From: Chloroflexota bacterium
GTDB lineage: Bacteria > Chloroflexota > Anaerolineae > JAAEKA01
Length of the DNA: 64,000 nucleotides
Reading direction: 5' to 3'
Assembly: GCA_029558955.1 (NCBI GenBank)
Contig: JAKQCW010000150.1
Location: 18,079 to 82,078, forward strand
Shown here: positions 17,952 to 28,089 of the stretch, one piece after another
How the letters are laid out: the number at the start of each line of letters is the position of its first letter
Numbering within the stretch: the stretch's first letter is position 1
Translations under genes and position numbers: made by a program
The notes under the pieces: model-generated
Told to the model about the DNA's origin: nothing
The model's database searches: none
The model's input: only the letters and a program-made list of their open reading frames with translations

Positions 17952-18617
17952 TCATCCTGACGTCGGACCGGGACTTCCCAGCCCGCTCGCCTGAACCTGC
18001 TCCCACAGCTCGACGTACTTCGCCCGAACGGAGGGATCCAGCGCACTCTCCAGGCTCAACGGTAGCTCCAGATACAGGATGAGGTCCTGGACGTCGGCCA
18101 GATCGCGCAGACGGTGCGGGGCGCTCAGGCCCGAGGCCAGCTTGAGCTCGATCAAGCGCTCCAGTGCAACCACGTGAACGCCCTCGATCTCGACCACTAC
18201 GCCGGGCAGGCCAGGATCAGGGAAGGCCACCGGCTTGGGCAGGCCATCCCCTGGATACTCCCCAGCGGTCAGAATCTCGATGCGCACGCCGGTGTCGGTA
18301 TCGCGAAAGGTCTTGGCCGCGCCCTGAAACGCGGGCCGGTATCCCCTGCCCACCAGCCGGCGGTTGAACCGCTCTAGCCCGGAGGCTGTCAGCACCAGAT
18401 CGATATCCGCGGTGAGTCGAACATAGCCGTGTTCGGCCATCGCCAGCCCGCCGATCAGGGCATAGGCAATCCCTTCCTCTGCCAGGCGCCGCGCCAGCCT
18501 TGCTAACGTGACATGCAACGCGCCGACCCCTGCGAAATAGGCCCCGGACTCGCGCAACATCGACTCGCCACCTCGACGCAGGCGCTGTTCATAGATTGGT
18601 GTTGATTCGTCTGTCAT
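17952..18617 (-). CDS. Nucleotidyltransferase-fold protein (hypothetical).
   Basis: The ..IGGLAMAEHGYVRLTADIDLVL.. stretch fits the GG/GS...D.D nucleotidyltransferase signature. Confidence 0.45.
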   Translation of the reverse strand: MTDESTPIYEQRLRRGGESMLRESGAYFAGVGALHVTLARLARRLAEEGIAYALIGGLAMAEHGYVRLTADIDLVLTASGLERFNRRLVGRGYRPAFQGAAKTFRDTDTGVRIEILTAGEYPGDGLPKPVAFPDPGLPGVVVEIEGVHVVALERLIELKLASGLSAPHRLRDLADVQDLILYLELPLSLESALDPSVRAKYVELWEQVQASGLGSPGPTSG

Positions 18618-18720
18618 GGTGGGGATAACTCACAGGTTGGGCAGCGGCGAAGGTGCGGCAGGGAAGGCCGTGGTTTTCAGAAACTGTTGTGTCAGCCGGT
18701 GGTTCCCACCGGTCCGAGGC

Positions 18721-19797
18721 TCAGCGCACCACATCCAGCGCGGCCTTGGCCAGCGTCGGCGGATGGAGCAGCATGTTGGCGTAGCTGGCGTTGGCCATGG
18801 GACAGTAGCATTCCTTGTTGGCGATGGAGCGGCGCATCTTGGCCATCTCCTCGCCGAACCAGATGGGGGCGATGTCGTAGTCGTGATCGCGCAGGTTGCC
18901 CGTCCCCTCGGCGCGAATGCAGCAGCTCCACAGGTCGCCGTTGGGGCCGATCTGACAGGAGGCCCAGCCGGCGTAGCAGTCGATGACCTGGGTGCGCTCC
19001 AGCAGGGTGCGTTTGGCCAGTTGGTAATATTGGGCGCGGAAGGCCTGGGTGAAGCGGGCCATGCCTCTGGCGTGCGCCCGGTGCGCCTTGTCGCTCAAAA
19101 AGTCGGCCACCGGCGCATACTGCTCGGCCAGCGGCGTGATGCCCCAGCCCACCGTGTCCAGCTCCACCCGCTCCTCGGCCACCTCGGTGATGTAGCTGTC
19201 AGGCTGGAGCTGTTGCAGGCCCTGGTAAGTTTCCTCGAAGAGGTGGATGTTAAAACGACTGATCACGGTGTGTACGGTCAGCACCAGGTTGGAATAGCGC
19301 GTCTGCAGCTCCTTCAGCCGGCGCCAGGTCTCCATGGAGCGCTCCCAGTTGCCCGGCACCCCGCGGATGTCGTCGTGTACCTCGCCCACGCCGTCCAGGC
19401 TCAGGTTGATGCCCACCTGGGACCGCTCACAGGTGCGCACGATGTTCTCGGCCTGAGCCAGCACCCGATCAGGGAGCAGGCCGTTGGTGGGAATGGTGAT
19501 GTATTCCGGTCGGCAGTGACGGTAGCCGCTGATCACCATCTGGTCCAGGTCATCGCGCAGGAAAGGCTCGCCGCCGGTGAAGGTCATGTAGACCGGGGTG
19601 CGCCCCAGCTTCTGAAAGACCTGGTCCCATTCCTCCAGGCTTAGGTCATCGTTGGGCTTGCGCCACACGTCGCAGGTGCGGCATTTGCTGTTGCAGCGAA
19701 AGCTGATGCTGATCACGACGCTGAAGGGGTACAGCTTCGGCCAGCCAAAGCGGCGGAAAGACCAATAGAGCGGCAGTTTGGGAATCAATCCAAGCAT
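18721..19797 (-). CDS. Radical SAM enzyme with a C-terminal SPASM/twitch-like Cys-rich domain.
   Basis: It has the CNSKCRTC (CX3CX2C) motif and GGEP, plus the C-terminal ..[24 protein letters not shown].. cluster. Confidence 0.8.
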   Translation of the reverse strand: MLGLIPKLPLYWSFRRFGWPKLYPFSVVISISFRCNSKCRTCDVWRKPNDDLSLEEWDQVFQKLGRTPVYMTFTGGEPFLRDDLDQMVISGYRHCRPEYITIPTNGLLPDRVLAQAENIVRTCERSQVGINLSLDGVGEVHDDIRGVPGNWERSMETWRRLKELQTRYSNLVLTVHTVISRFNIHLFEETYQGLQQLQPDSYITEVAEERVELDTVGWGITPLAEQYAPVADFLSDKAHRAHARGMARFTQAFRAQYYQLAKRTLLERTQVIDCYAGWASCQIGPNGDLWSCCIRAEGTGNLRDHDYDIAPIWFGEEMAKMRRSIANKECYCPMANASYANMLLHPPTLAKAALDVVR

Positions 19798-19850
19798 AAA
19801 AAAACTCCGGAGGCCCAGGTGGAACCTCCGGAGTCACGGTCGAAGCCGGA

Positions 19851-20152
19851 TCAGATCAAGATGCCGGCTGGCTCGCGGGCTTCCGCCAGATTCCACACCA
19901 GCCATTCGTCGCTGTCAAGGACCCAACTCTCGGCATCTGGCCCCAGGTCGTCCCAGCGACCCCGGGTCAGCTCCAGCGTTGCATCCTTCTCGGCGTTGAT
20001 TTGTTCGAGCAGCAGGTCCCACTCATCGGGAGCAGGCACGTCGATGTCGATGCTGGTGCCGTTGGCCAGATGGCTCACATCAGCCTGAGGCACGAAGACG
20101 CCATCCTGCAAGACGACGGCAATTGTGGTTTTGATCTCAGACATAGATAATC
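19851..20152 (-). CDS. Small acidic hypothetical protein (100 aa) with a DUF104-like N-terminus.
   Basis: The start is at MSEIKTTIAVVLQDGVFVPQ with the RBS GGAGGA 7 nt upstream. The C-terminal half is very acidic. Confidence 0.4.
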
Positions 20153-20327
20153 CTCCAGGTAAAGAATCGCAGCCGCTCAGCGGCAACGCAAACATCAAAG
20201 AGTATACACCACCGGGAGGATTTAGTCGCGTAGTATTCACTCCAAATTTGTGCGCTGTTTATTCATGACATGTTGCGTCAATAACATAAGCAGAGCATCC
20301 GGTTGCCGGCAGGTCGGAAAGGAATGA

Positions 20328-20534
20328 TCAGCCCAGATTGTCGATGTACTGCCGCAGCTCGCGCTGGTTGACCTTGACGTAGCGGTCGGCGACGATCTCG
20401 GCCATCTCCTGCGGGCTCAGCCGAATGCTCAGAATCTGCAAGGCATCCTCCGGCGATTCGCCGTAGGCCAGCTTCTGCTTGCCATTGCGCAGGTCGAACA
20501 GATACATGTAGTGGGGGTTGCTGAAACTGCTCAT
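20328..20534 (-). CDS. Small hypothetical protein (68 aa).
   Basis: Sequence: MSSFSNPHYMYLFDLRNGKQKLAYGESPEDALQILSIRLSPQEMAEIVADRYVKVNQRELRQYIDNLG. It has no recognisable family. It is located between the small peptide gene and the DUF104-like gene on the same strand. Confidence 0.35.
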   Translation of the reverse strand: MSSFSNPHYMYLFDLRNGKQKLAYGESPEDALQILSIRLSPQEMAEIVADRYVKVNQRELRQYIDNLG

Positions 20535-20605
20535 AGGAACACCTGGTCGGCAACGCGGGGCGTAGGGCCCTGCGCTGCATGGATCGACACGATTCGGGGA
20601 GGACC

Positions 20606-20809
20606 TCAGCCCTTGCGCGCGGCGGCGATACTGGCGCCGATAGCAGCGCCCATCCCAGCGCCCATGCCCATCCACAAACCCATGTTGTTGGTGATGGCGC
20701 CCATGGCAGCGCCGACAGCGATGCCGATGGCGACGCCAAGCGCCATGTTCCGACCGACCGCTTCGTTGGAAGGGCGCTTGTTCCGTTGGTCATCAGATGG
20801 TTGGCTCAT
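20606..20809 (-). CDS. 67-aa Gly/Ala/Met-rich small peptide with a glycine-zipper (GxxxG)n hydrophobic core. It is either a candidate RiPP precursor or a YMGG-like membrane peptide.
   Basis: Sequence: MSQPSDDQRNKRPSNEAVGRNMALGVAIGIAVGAAMGAITNNMGLWMGMGAGMGAAIGASIAAARKG. The RBS GGAGGA lies 4-5 nt upstream of the ATG at 20809. The ATG sits 14 nt downstream of the TGA stop of the last B12-rSAM gene (no overlap), so the two genes are tightly packed and probably co-transcribed. The ORF-track Met at 20827 is upstream of the RBS. Confidence 0.55.
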   Translation of the reverse strand: MSQPSDDQRNKRPSNEAVGRNMALGVAIGIAVGAAMGAITNNMGLWMGMGAGMGAAIGASIAAARKG

Positions 20810-20823
20810 CAGGTCCTCCGATC

Positions 20824-22245
20824 TCACGCCTTAATCAGCGCGCCCTGATAGGCCTCAGCGCCGCGCGCGCTGGGGGCCAGGCCGCGGTTGATTTCGGCGT
20901 CATATTTGCCGGCCAGCAGGTCCCGGTAAAACTGGTAATTCACCCCTTTGACCTTCTCGTCGTCGGGGTAGCGGTGATAGTTGTCCTTGCTCATCAGGCT
21001 CTTGCCCTCGGCGATCAGTTGATAGCCCAAGGCTGAGCCGGGGTAGGGCGCGTAGAAGGCGATGGAGGGCATGACGCGCTTCATGCGCTTGAGCATGCGC
21101 ATGGTCTTGAAGGCGTCCTCCGGCTCCTCGCCGGGGATACCCAGCATGATGTTGGACCAGAAGACGGGCGGCCGCTCCCCTTTGGCCTCCAGCTCGTCGC
21201 CGATGCGGTTGACCAGGTCGATGGCGAAGAAATTGTCCTCCTCGGTGCATTCCTTGTTGAGCAGCTTGAGAATGCGGTCGCTGCCCGACTCGAAGCCGAT
21301 GGAGATGGTGCGCCAGTTGGTCTCCTTGACCAGCGCCTCGAACAGATCAGGCCACTGGCGCACGGTGTCGGCGCGGCCGGCTGCCCAGTAGCTCCAGTTC
21401 TTGGTCTGGCGCGGATATTTCTCGATCCACTCCTTGAGCCACTTGGGGTTCTGGAAGAACATGGAATCGTGGATCACCACCGAGCCGACGCCGTAGAGGC
21501 GATCCAGGGTGTTCAGCTCCTCGATCACCTGATCCACCGACCGGCGGCCGATGCGGGGGATGTAGCTGTTTTCGTTGCAGAAAACGCACTGCCAGGGGCA
21601 GACGCGGCTGGTGATGATGGTGGCCACCGGCCCCGGCCCCCAGCCGCATTCCGGCTCCATGGGCCAGCGCCACTTCCATTTGCGTTTCATGCGCCAGCCC
21701 ACCGGCTGGGGCCACATGGTGCGGTCGATGGTCGGCCACTCGGCCATGGACTTGGCGCCCTCGGCCGAGAAGACGCGCGGGAAGGCGCTGGGATCCTTGA
21801 CCAGGTCGACGATCACATTCTCGCCCGGGCCCATGCAGATGCGGTCGAACTCCGCCACCGCGGCCATCTCGTCGGGCGCGACCGTGGCGTGCATGCCGCC
21901 GGTCAGCACCAGGCCGTTGGGGTTGATCTGCTTGAAGAGCCGGGCGGCCTTGAGCGCGGGCGGATAGGTGTAGCTGCGCACGTTCATCAGCAGCATGTCA
22001 TAGCCGGCCATCTGCGGCGCCAGTTGATCCCACGAGGTCACGGCGCGGGTGGAGGCCAGGTCGGTCGGCACACCCGCCTGCTTCAGGATGGTGCGCAGCA
22101 GGCCCAGGCCGTGGTCCTGCCACTGCTCATGCGGCCCGCCGGGGTGCACCAGGTCGCCCAGGTCGCCCAGGTCAAGCCAGAGCCGGTTGGATTGTTTCTT
22201 CGGTCGTGAACTAAATAGAGACACGAGAGTTGCCTCCGCGGTCAA
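20824..22245 (-). CDS. Cobalamin-binding (class B) radical SAM enzyme.
   Basis: It has an N-terminal B12-binding Rossmann-like domain and the radical SAM CPWQCVFC (CX3CX2C) motif. Confidence 0.85.
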   Translation of the reverse strand: MTAEATLVSLFSSRPKKQSNRLWLDLGDLGDLVHPGGPHEQWQDHGLGLLRTILKQAGVPTDLASTRAVTSWDQLAPQMAGYDMLLMNVRSYTYPPALKAARLFKQINPNGLVLTGGMHATVAPDEMAAVAEFDRICMGPGENVIVDLVKDPSAFPRVFSAEGAKSMAEWPTIDRTMWPQPVGWRMKRKWKWRWPMEPECGWGPGPVATIITSRVCPWQCVFCNENSYIPRIGRRSVDQVIEELNTLDRLYGVGSVVIHDSMFFQNPKWLKEWIEKYPRQTKNWSYWAAGRADTVRQWPDLFEALVKETNWRTISIGFESGSDRILKLLNKECTEEDNFFAIDLVNRIGDELEAKGERPPVFWSNIMLGIPGEEPEDAFKTMRMLKRMKRVMPSIAFYAPYPGSALGYQLIAEGKSLMSKDNYHRYPDDEKVKGVNYQFYRDLLAGKYDAEINRGLAPSARGAEAYQGALIKA

Positions 22246-22292
22246 GCGATGTCAATGAAGCTGCCGTTTGGGTGCGTTGGAGCGCCGCTGGG

Positions 22293-23783
22293 TCAGTTGA
22301 CAATCGCCGGCATGGTCGCTTCGTCGGAGCTTGCGCGCCGGCCAGCCTTGGCGTGCTGATCATCGCGGCCCAGGAAGAAGCGGCGGGCATTGCTGATGGT
22401 GTTGGGCATCTCGGTCCAGAAGCTTTTCTTGGACATCTTTTCCCAGACGCGTTCGGGCCGGTAGAGATAGAAACGCCGGTAGGCCTCGCGCCATTTGCGC
22501 ACCACCAGATCGGGATCGTAGATGCCGTCGTTCATGGTGAAGCGCGATTTCTGCTCGTGGATGGCGTAGTCAGGCCACTCGTTGGCGAAGATCTCGCCGC
22601 CTTCCCGTATCATATCATACATCTTGGTGCCAGGGAAGGGCGCGGCCAGCATGAAGTTGGCCAGGTCGGGGTCCAGCTCCAGCGCCAGGTCGATGGTGGC
22701 GTTCATGGTCTCTTCGGTCTCGTTGGGCATGCCAAAGATGAAGAAGCCCATGGTCTGCAGGCCGGCCGCGCGGGCGTTCTTGAAGGCCTCGCGCACCTGG
22801 TCCAGCGTCTGACCCTTGCGGATCACGTTGCGCAGCATCCAGGGATCGCCGTTCTCCACGCCGAAGCCGACCCGCTTGCAGCCCGCGGCCTTCATCAGTT
22901 GGAAGAGCTCCAGGTCGGTGTGGTTGACCTTCATGCCGTGCACGGTGGTCCAGGGCACGGTGTTCAGCCCCTCGGCGATCAGCCGCCGCATCAGATCCTT
23001 GGCCCGGTCCAGCTTCAGGTTCCAGATGTCATCGGTGACGCCGATCTCGCTGGCGTGGAGCTCGTTGACCAGCCAGCGCCATTCGCCCACCACGTTCTCT
23101 ACGCTGCGGCCGCGCCAGGTGTCGCCGGTGACCGGCTTGGAGCAGAAGGTGCATTTGTAGGGGCAGCCGCGGCTGGTCAGAATGGTGAAGGAGCGCGCGT
23201 GGCGGTCCAGCCCATCGGTCAGCGGCTGCAGGTTGGTGTAACGGTCGATCTTGAACAGATCATGGGCCGGGTAGGGCAGGCTGTCCAGCTTTTCGATCAT
23301 GGGCGAGCTGTAGTCGGAGATGATCTCGCCGTCGCGCCCGCGCATGTGCATGCCGGGCAGCAAGTCCACCGGCCGGCCGGCCTCCAGGGTGTTCACCAGC
23401 TCCAGGAAGGTGTGTTCGGCCTCCCCTTTGAAGGCGAAGTCCACGTAGGGATGCTCCGGCCCCAGGCTCTCGCGCGGCATGATGGTCAGGTGCGGGCCGC
23501 CCAGCACCGTGTGCAGGCCGTAGCGCTTGGCGGTCGCGGCCATCTGCCACGCGTCGCCGATCAGCGGCGTGGTGGCGGTGATGCCGATCAACTGGAAGGG
23601 CTTGCCCTGCTGCGCGGCTTCCTCGATGGTGTGCTCGATGGGCTTGTCTTCGATGGCCGCGTCGTAGATCAGCGGCTCATGCCCGCCCTCGCGCAGCGTC
23701 GCCGCCAGATAGCCCAGCCCCAAGGGAATATGTTTACGCTCAGACCAGACTTTTGCTTCTGGGCTGGCAAGAATTACTCGCAT
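22293..23783 (-). CDS. Cobalamin-binding (class B) radical SAM enzyme.
   Basis: MRVILASP... B12 domain. Motif ..[14 protein letters not shown]... It is paralogous to 28090..29595. Confidence 0.85.
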   Translation of the reverse strand: MRVILASPEAKVWSERKHIPLGLGYLAATLREGGHEPLIYDAAIEDKPIEHTIEEAAQQGKPFQLIGITATTPLIGDAWQMAATAKRYGLHTVLGGPHLTIMPRESLGPEHPYVDFAFKGEAEHTFLELVNTLEAGRPVDLLPGMHMRGRDGEIISDYSSPMIEKLDSLPYPAHDLFKIDRYTNLQPLTDGLDRHARSFTILTSRGCPYKCTFCSKPVTGDTWRGRSVENVVGEWRWLVNELHASEIGVTDDIWNLKLDRAKDLMRRLIAEGLNTVPWTTVHGMKVNHTDLELFQLMKAAGCKRVGFGVENGDPWMLRNVIRKGQTLDQVREAFKNARAAGLQTMGFFIFGMPNETEETMNATIDLALELDPDLANFMLAAPFPGTKMYDMIREGGEIFANEWPDYAIHEQKSRFTMNDGIYDPDLVVRKWREAYRRFYLYRPERVWEKMSKKSFWTEMPNTISNARRFFLGRDDQHAKAGRRASSDEATMPAIVN

Positions 23784-23793
23784 AGTTTATGCC

Positions 23794-25134
23794 TTAACTG
23801 TATCGATAGTTGAACTCGCGCTTGTATCCGACATCGGTGCTGAAGGCCAGGACCGCGCGCTTGGGCCACTTGGCCACCGGGTGACGGCGGAGCTGGCGCG
23901 TGCCGCGCTGCAGCATCGACGACGGGCTGTACAGCTTGCGGCACAGCCAGTCGTGGGCGCTGGTCAGCTCGTCCACCGTCATCCTGCCCGGCAGATAGGT
24001 GACGTGCGTGGTGTCGTAGCGTTCCCAGGTGGTGTGGGGGATGATCCGGCCGGCCGCCAGCAGCTCTTGTCGCTGTTCAGTGCCAGGGTAGGGAGTCAAA
24101 ATGGTCGCGCTGACGCTGTCCAGCTCGCTGCTGCGCACGAAATCCCAGGTCTCTTGGAAAGTCTCGAAGGTGTCGTGGTCGAAGCCGAAGACGAAAAGGC
24201 CCACCACGCCGATGCCATGCTGGTGGACGGTCTGGATCACCTGGCGGTAGCGTTCGGTGTTGCCCTTGGCCTTGCCGCCCAGCTCCTTGCGGTTGGCTGG
24301 GTTGACCGACTCGAAGCCGATGAAGAACTTGTCCATGTGCGCCTCGCGCGCCAGGCTCAACAGCTCAGGGAAATCGGCCACCATCTGCTCAGCCTGGCAG
24401 GTCCAGCCGGCCAGCGGCAGCTTGGCCAGGGCGCGGAAAAGCTGCTCCATGTACTCCGGGTTGAGCTTGAAGTTCAGGCCAAAGTTGTCGTCGGTCAGGA
24501 AGAAACGCTGGATCTTGCGGCGCTCGATCTCCTCGACCACCTCCTCCACCGGCCGCAGCCGCATCTTGCGGCCTGAGACGCGGATCGCGGTGCAGAAGGT
24601 GCAGTTGCGCGGGCAGCCGCGCGTGATCTCCAGGTAGGGTGTCCAGTAGTTCTTGTGCTCGTTGACCTGGCGCAGCACGCGGTCTTGCAGCAGCGCCACG
24701 CCTGAATCCAGCGGCGCCCAGCTCTCGTCCACATAGGCCGGCTTGAGCACGCCCCGGTCGAAATCCTGGATGATCTGCGGCCAGGTGTAATAGCCCTCGC
24801 CCACGGCGATCACATCGGCCCACTGGGCCACCTCGTCGGGTACCAGCGTGGTGTGGGCGCCGCCCATGACCACCGTTGCGCCCTGCTTTTTGATGCGCTG
24901 GGCAATGGCTTTGGCGCGGTCGATCAGCAGCGTCTTGGCGCTGATGCCCACCAGGTCCTGCGGGCCCAGGCTCTGGATCGGCAGGTCCATCAGATCTTCG
25001 TCCCAGATCTCGACGGGAATCTCTGCGGGAACCAGCGAGGCCAGCCGCATCAGGGTGTACGGCTGGCTGGTGCCCTTGCCCAAATAGCGGCCATCGCGGC
25101 GCGGCTGGATCAAAATGACTTTGCGTATGGACAC
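23794..25134 (-). CDS. Cobalamin-binding (class B) radical SAM enzyme.
   Basis: Motif ..ITRGCPRNCTFCT... The start is taken at GTG 25134 (VSIRKVILIQP..., the typical N-terminus of this family). The ORF-track N-terminal extension to 25365 overlaps the upstream gene and is Pro/Ala-rich junk. Confidence 0.75.
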   Translation of the reverse strand: MSIRKVILIQPRRDGRYLGKGTSQPYTLMRLASLVPAEIPVEIWDEDLMDLPIQSLGPQDLVGISAKTLLIDRAKAIAQRIKKQGATVVMGGAHTTLVPDEVAQWADVIAVGEGYYTWPQIIQDFDRGVLKPAYVDESWAPLDSGVALLQDRVLRQVNEHKNYWTPYLEITRGCPRNCTFCTAIRVSGRKMRLRPVEEVVEEIERRKIQRFFLTDDNFGLNFKLNPEYMEQLFRALAKLPLAGWTCQAEQMVADFPELLSLAREAHMDKFFIGFESVNPANRKELGGKAKGNTERYRQVIQTVHQHGIGVVGLFVFGFDHDTFETFQETWDFVRSSELDSVSATILTPYPGTEQRQELLAAGRIIPHTTWERYDTTHVTYLPGRMTVDELTSAHDWLCRKLYSPSSMLQRGTRQLRRHPVAKWPKRAVLAFSTDVGYKREFNYRYS

Positions 25135-25216
25135 GAAGGAGCTTATCCTCTCAAGCGGTCGCCCAAAATGAGCGGTGCGCAGGTCTGAACCTGGCGCACC
25201 GTTGACCGATGGCTGT

Positions 25217-26395
25217 TCACTGGCTGCTGCCGGCGCTGCTGTCGTTGGGCTTCTTGTTCTCCAGCAGCGCGGCGTTGTAGTTGCCATAGCCCTTGCCCAG
25301 CCGCGGCTTCCACCAGGCCCATTCGACGCAGGTGTCGCAGGGGCTGACGGTGTGGGCCTGGCCATCGACGTGCAGTTGGCGCAGACCTTGCATCTTGGGG
25401 CCGTTCCAGTTCTTCATCACCTCGACCTGGCCGTCGGGGCTGATGACGTTGCCCAGGTCGTAGTTCAGGTTGAAGTCGCGGTCGCACATGGCGATGCGGC
25501 CATCCCAGTAGATATGCACGTGATACCACAGGTTGGGGCAGGCATAGCGCTGTTGCGGCACGAAATTGGCCGGGTCGTCGGCGCGCAGCTCGTTGATCTG
25601 CTCCACCTGGCCGCCCCAGGAGTCGAAGGGCTTGACGTTGATGTGATCGACGCCGGGCAGGTTCCAGGCGGCCACGAACTCGTCGATCTCATCCATGGTC
25701 TGCTCCATCTGGATGATCTGCAAGTTGACGTAAGGGTTGTGATAGCCCCCTTGGGTCTTCAGCTCCAGGAAGCGTCGGATGTTGTTGTTGGTCTTTTCGT
25801 AGTCGGCCTTGACGCGGATCGCCTCGTAGGTTTCAGGGCGAAAGCCGTCCAGGCAGAGGTAGATGGTGCCCAACCCGGCGTCCAGCAGCCCCTGGGCCTT
25901 GCGTTCGTCCAGCAGGGTGGCGTTGGTGCTGATCTCGGCCCGCAGCCCCTTCTTGCGACAATAGGCGATCATGTCGAAGATGCGTTTGTGCATCAGCGGC
26001 TCGCCCCAGATGTGCAGGGTGGTGGCCTTGACGTGCGGCGCCATCTGATCCACGATGGACTTGAACAGGTCGAAGTCCATGTAGCCTTTGGGACGCTTGA
26101 CCTGCTTCAGGCCTGTGGGGCACATGACGCAGTCCAGGTTGCAGATGTTGGTGGATTCGATGTACATGCGGTCAGGCGGCGGCACCAGGCGGGTCTGCCC
26201 CGTCTCGTAGGCCGCCCACTTGACCGGCGCCATGGCCTTTTGGCGCAGTTGTTTCAGCTCCCAGCCGGCTCGCCGCTGGACGCGCGCGGCGGTGGAGCGG
26301 TCGATCTCAGGCGGCGCGCTGAAGAGCGGCTGCTCCGGCCGGCGACTGCCAGAGCCGTTGCCCGTGTGGTTGGTTGGTGGTTCAGAAGCGTTCAC
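25217..26395 (-). CDS. Radical SAM / SPASM-domain enzyme.
   Basis: It has CNLDCVMC (CX3CX2C) and a C-terminal Cys-rich ..CPNLW..CDRDFN..CDTCVEW.. region, plus an approximately 90-aa N-terminal extension. Confidence 0.8.
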   Translation of the reverse strand: MNASEPPTNHTGNGSGSRRPEQPLFSAPPEIDRSTAARVQRRAGWELKQLRQKAMAPVKWAAYETGQTRLVPPPDRMYIESTNICNLDCVMCPTGLKQVKRPKGYMDFDLFKSIVDQMAPHVKATTLHIWGEPLMHKRIFDMIAYCRKKGLRAEISTNATLLDERKAQGLLDAGLGTIYLCLDGFRPETYEAIRVKADYEKTNNNIRRFLELKTQGGYHNPYVNLQIIQMEQTMDEIDEFVAAWNLPGVDHINVKPFDSWGGQVEQINELRADDPANFVPQQRYACPNLWYHVHIYWDGRIAMCDRDFNLNYDLGNVISPDGQVEVMKNWNGPKMQGLRQLHVDGQAHTVSPCDTCVEWAWWKPRLGKGYGNYNAALLENKKPNDSSAGSSQ

Positions 26396-26413
26396 TGGAA
26401 GGTGTCACCTGGC

Positions 26414-27883
26414 TCAGGCCCACGAGCTGGCGCCCTCGCGCGGCTGCGCCTGGCGGAATTTGGGGAAGAGGCCGGCGTTCAGCGCCACCTTGGCCGCGGC
26501 GTTGATCGGCTTGATCTTAGCCACCTGGTAGACGCGGCGTCCCCACTGCGGCCCGAAGTATTTGATGAACTTGCGCTGCTCTTTGGCATCCTGGAAGCGC
26601 TCGCGCGCCTGCAGGGCCATGCCGCTCAGCGTCTCATTGCTCACCTCAGAGACGTTCATGAAGGGCGCGATCTCAGCGGCGTAGTTGTTGTAGTAGTAGG
26701 TCTTGGTGAAGTCGGCGTTGTAGGCCATGCCGGGGTTGCGCAGCACCAGCTCGTTCCACAGCGCCGTGCCGGGGAAGGGGGTGGCGATGGAGAACATGGC
26801 CTCGGTCAGCTCCAGGCTGGAGGCGAACTCGATAGTCTCCTGCATGGTCGCTTCGTCATCGCCGGGCAGGCCCAGGATGAAGTAGCCCTTGGAGCGAATG
26901 CCCGCTTCCTCGGTCCACCGGATCGCGTCGCGCACCTGCTGCAGGTTGATGTGCTTGGAGGTGCGCCGCAGCACATCCTCGTTGCCGCTCTCGATGCCGT
27001 AGTGGATCTGGCGACAGCCGGCGCGATACATCTTCTTCAGCAGCTCCTGCGAGATGCGGTCGACCCGCGCCAAGCAGCGCCAGCGGTAGTCCAGCTTCTG
27101 CTCGATGAAGTAGTCGAGAATCTTCTCCAGCCGCTTGACGTCGATGGTGAAGAGGTCGTCGATGAAGTAGAAGTTGCGGACGTTGTAGGTCTGGGAAACC
27201 TGCTGCAGCTCAGCCACGATGTTCTCAGGGCTGCGCTGGTGATAGGAGCGGCCGACGATGCCCTTGAAGCAGAAGGAGCAGTTGTAGGGACAGCCGCGGC
27301 TGCTGAGGATCGTCAGCATGGTCTCGCCGTTGGGCGCGTAAAGGGGGTACTTGTCCAGCTCGTAGAGGTGGCGCGCCGGGTTGGGCAGCGCATCCAGATC
27401 CTCGATCGGCTTGCGGCTGCCGCCGCGGATGATGCGGCCATCTTCCTTGTACCACAGCCCCTGGATCTGATCCCAGCGGTGATCGCCCGATTCCCAGGCG
27501 CGCAAAAAGTCCTGGAAGATGTACTCCCCTTCGCCGTAGGCCAGGTAGTCGATGTGGGGATTGGCCAGCGTGCTGTCGGGCAGCGAGGTGGCGTGGGGGC
27601 CGCCGATGATCACCGGCGCGCCCAGGGCCTCTTTCAGCAGGGCCACCAACTGCTCCACATAGTGATACGAGGTGGTCATCGATGTGAACGCGATGATGTC
27701 GGGTTTGAAGTCGATCACCTGCTGCGCGTCCTGCTCGATGGGCTGGGACGGATAGAGGCCGAAGTCGTGGATGCGCACATCGTGCCCATCCTGCTCGGCG
27801 ATGCCCGCCAAATAGCCCAGCCCCAACAGGGGGTAGCTGTTGATCATTTCGTTCCACTTGGGGCCGATCAGGGAGATTCTCAT
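26414..27883 (-). CDS. Cobalamin-binding (class B) radical SAM enzyme.
   Basis: MRISLIGPK... B12 domain. Motif ..[14 protein letters not shown]... Confidence 0.85.
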   Translation of the reverse strand: MRISLIGPKWNEMINSYPLLGLGYLAGIAEQDGHDVRIHDFGLYPSQPIEQDAQQVIDFKPDIIAFTSMTTSYHYVEQLVALLKEALGAPVIIGGPHATSLPDSTLANPHIDYLAYGEGEYIFQDFLRAWESGDHRWDQIQGLWYKEDGRIIRGGSRKPIEDLDALPNPARHLYELDKYPLYAPNGETMLTILSSRGCPYNCSFCFKGIVGRSYHQRSPENIVAELQQVSQTYNVRNFYFIDDLFTIDVKRLEKILDYFIEQKLDYRWRCLARVDRISQELLKKMYRAGCRQIHYGIESGNEDVLRRTSKHINLQQVRDAIRWTEEAGIRSKGYFILGLPGDDEATMQETIEFASSLELTEAMFSIATPFPGTALWNELVLRNPGMAYNADFTKTYYYNNYAAEIAPFMNVSEVSNETLSGMALQARERFQDAKEQRKFIKYFGPQWGRRVYQVAKIKPINAAAKVALNAGLFPKFRQAQPREGASSWA

Positions 27884-27899
27884 GGTGTTTTTCCGTGGG

Positions 27900-28088
27900 G
27901 ATGATGCGTAGTACGTAATGCGTAACTCGTAATGCGTAACCGGAATGGCGGGCTTTGGCTGCGGTGGCGAGCGTTCCGGGTTACGGGTTACGTGTTACGA
28001 GTTACTCATCACGCACGCGCAACCGGAACAAAAAGCCCTCGTCGCCAGCCAAACATTCCGGGTTACGAGTTACGCATTACGTGTTACG
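27900..28088. repeat. Family A CGTAAC palindromic repeat cluster between rSAM genes.
   Basis: cgtaatgcgtaactcgtaatgcgtaaccgg ... ccgggttacgggttacgtgttacgagttac forms a long inverted repeat. A second copy (ccgggttacgagttacgcattacgtgttacg) follows. It is the only sizeable intergenic gap inside the rSAM cluster. Confidence 0.6.
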
Positions 28089-28089
28089 A

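Noticed and set aside
23794-25365. Long form (523 aa) of the third B12-rSAM, with a Pro/Ala-rich N-terminus.
   Set aside because: The extension overlaps the stop region of the upstream rSAM/SPASM gene and is compositionally non-protein-like. A GTG at 25134 gives the family-typical N-terminus.
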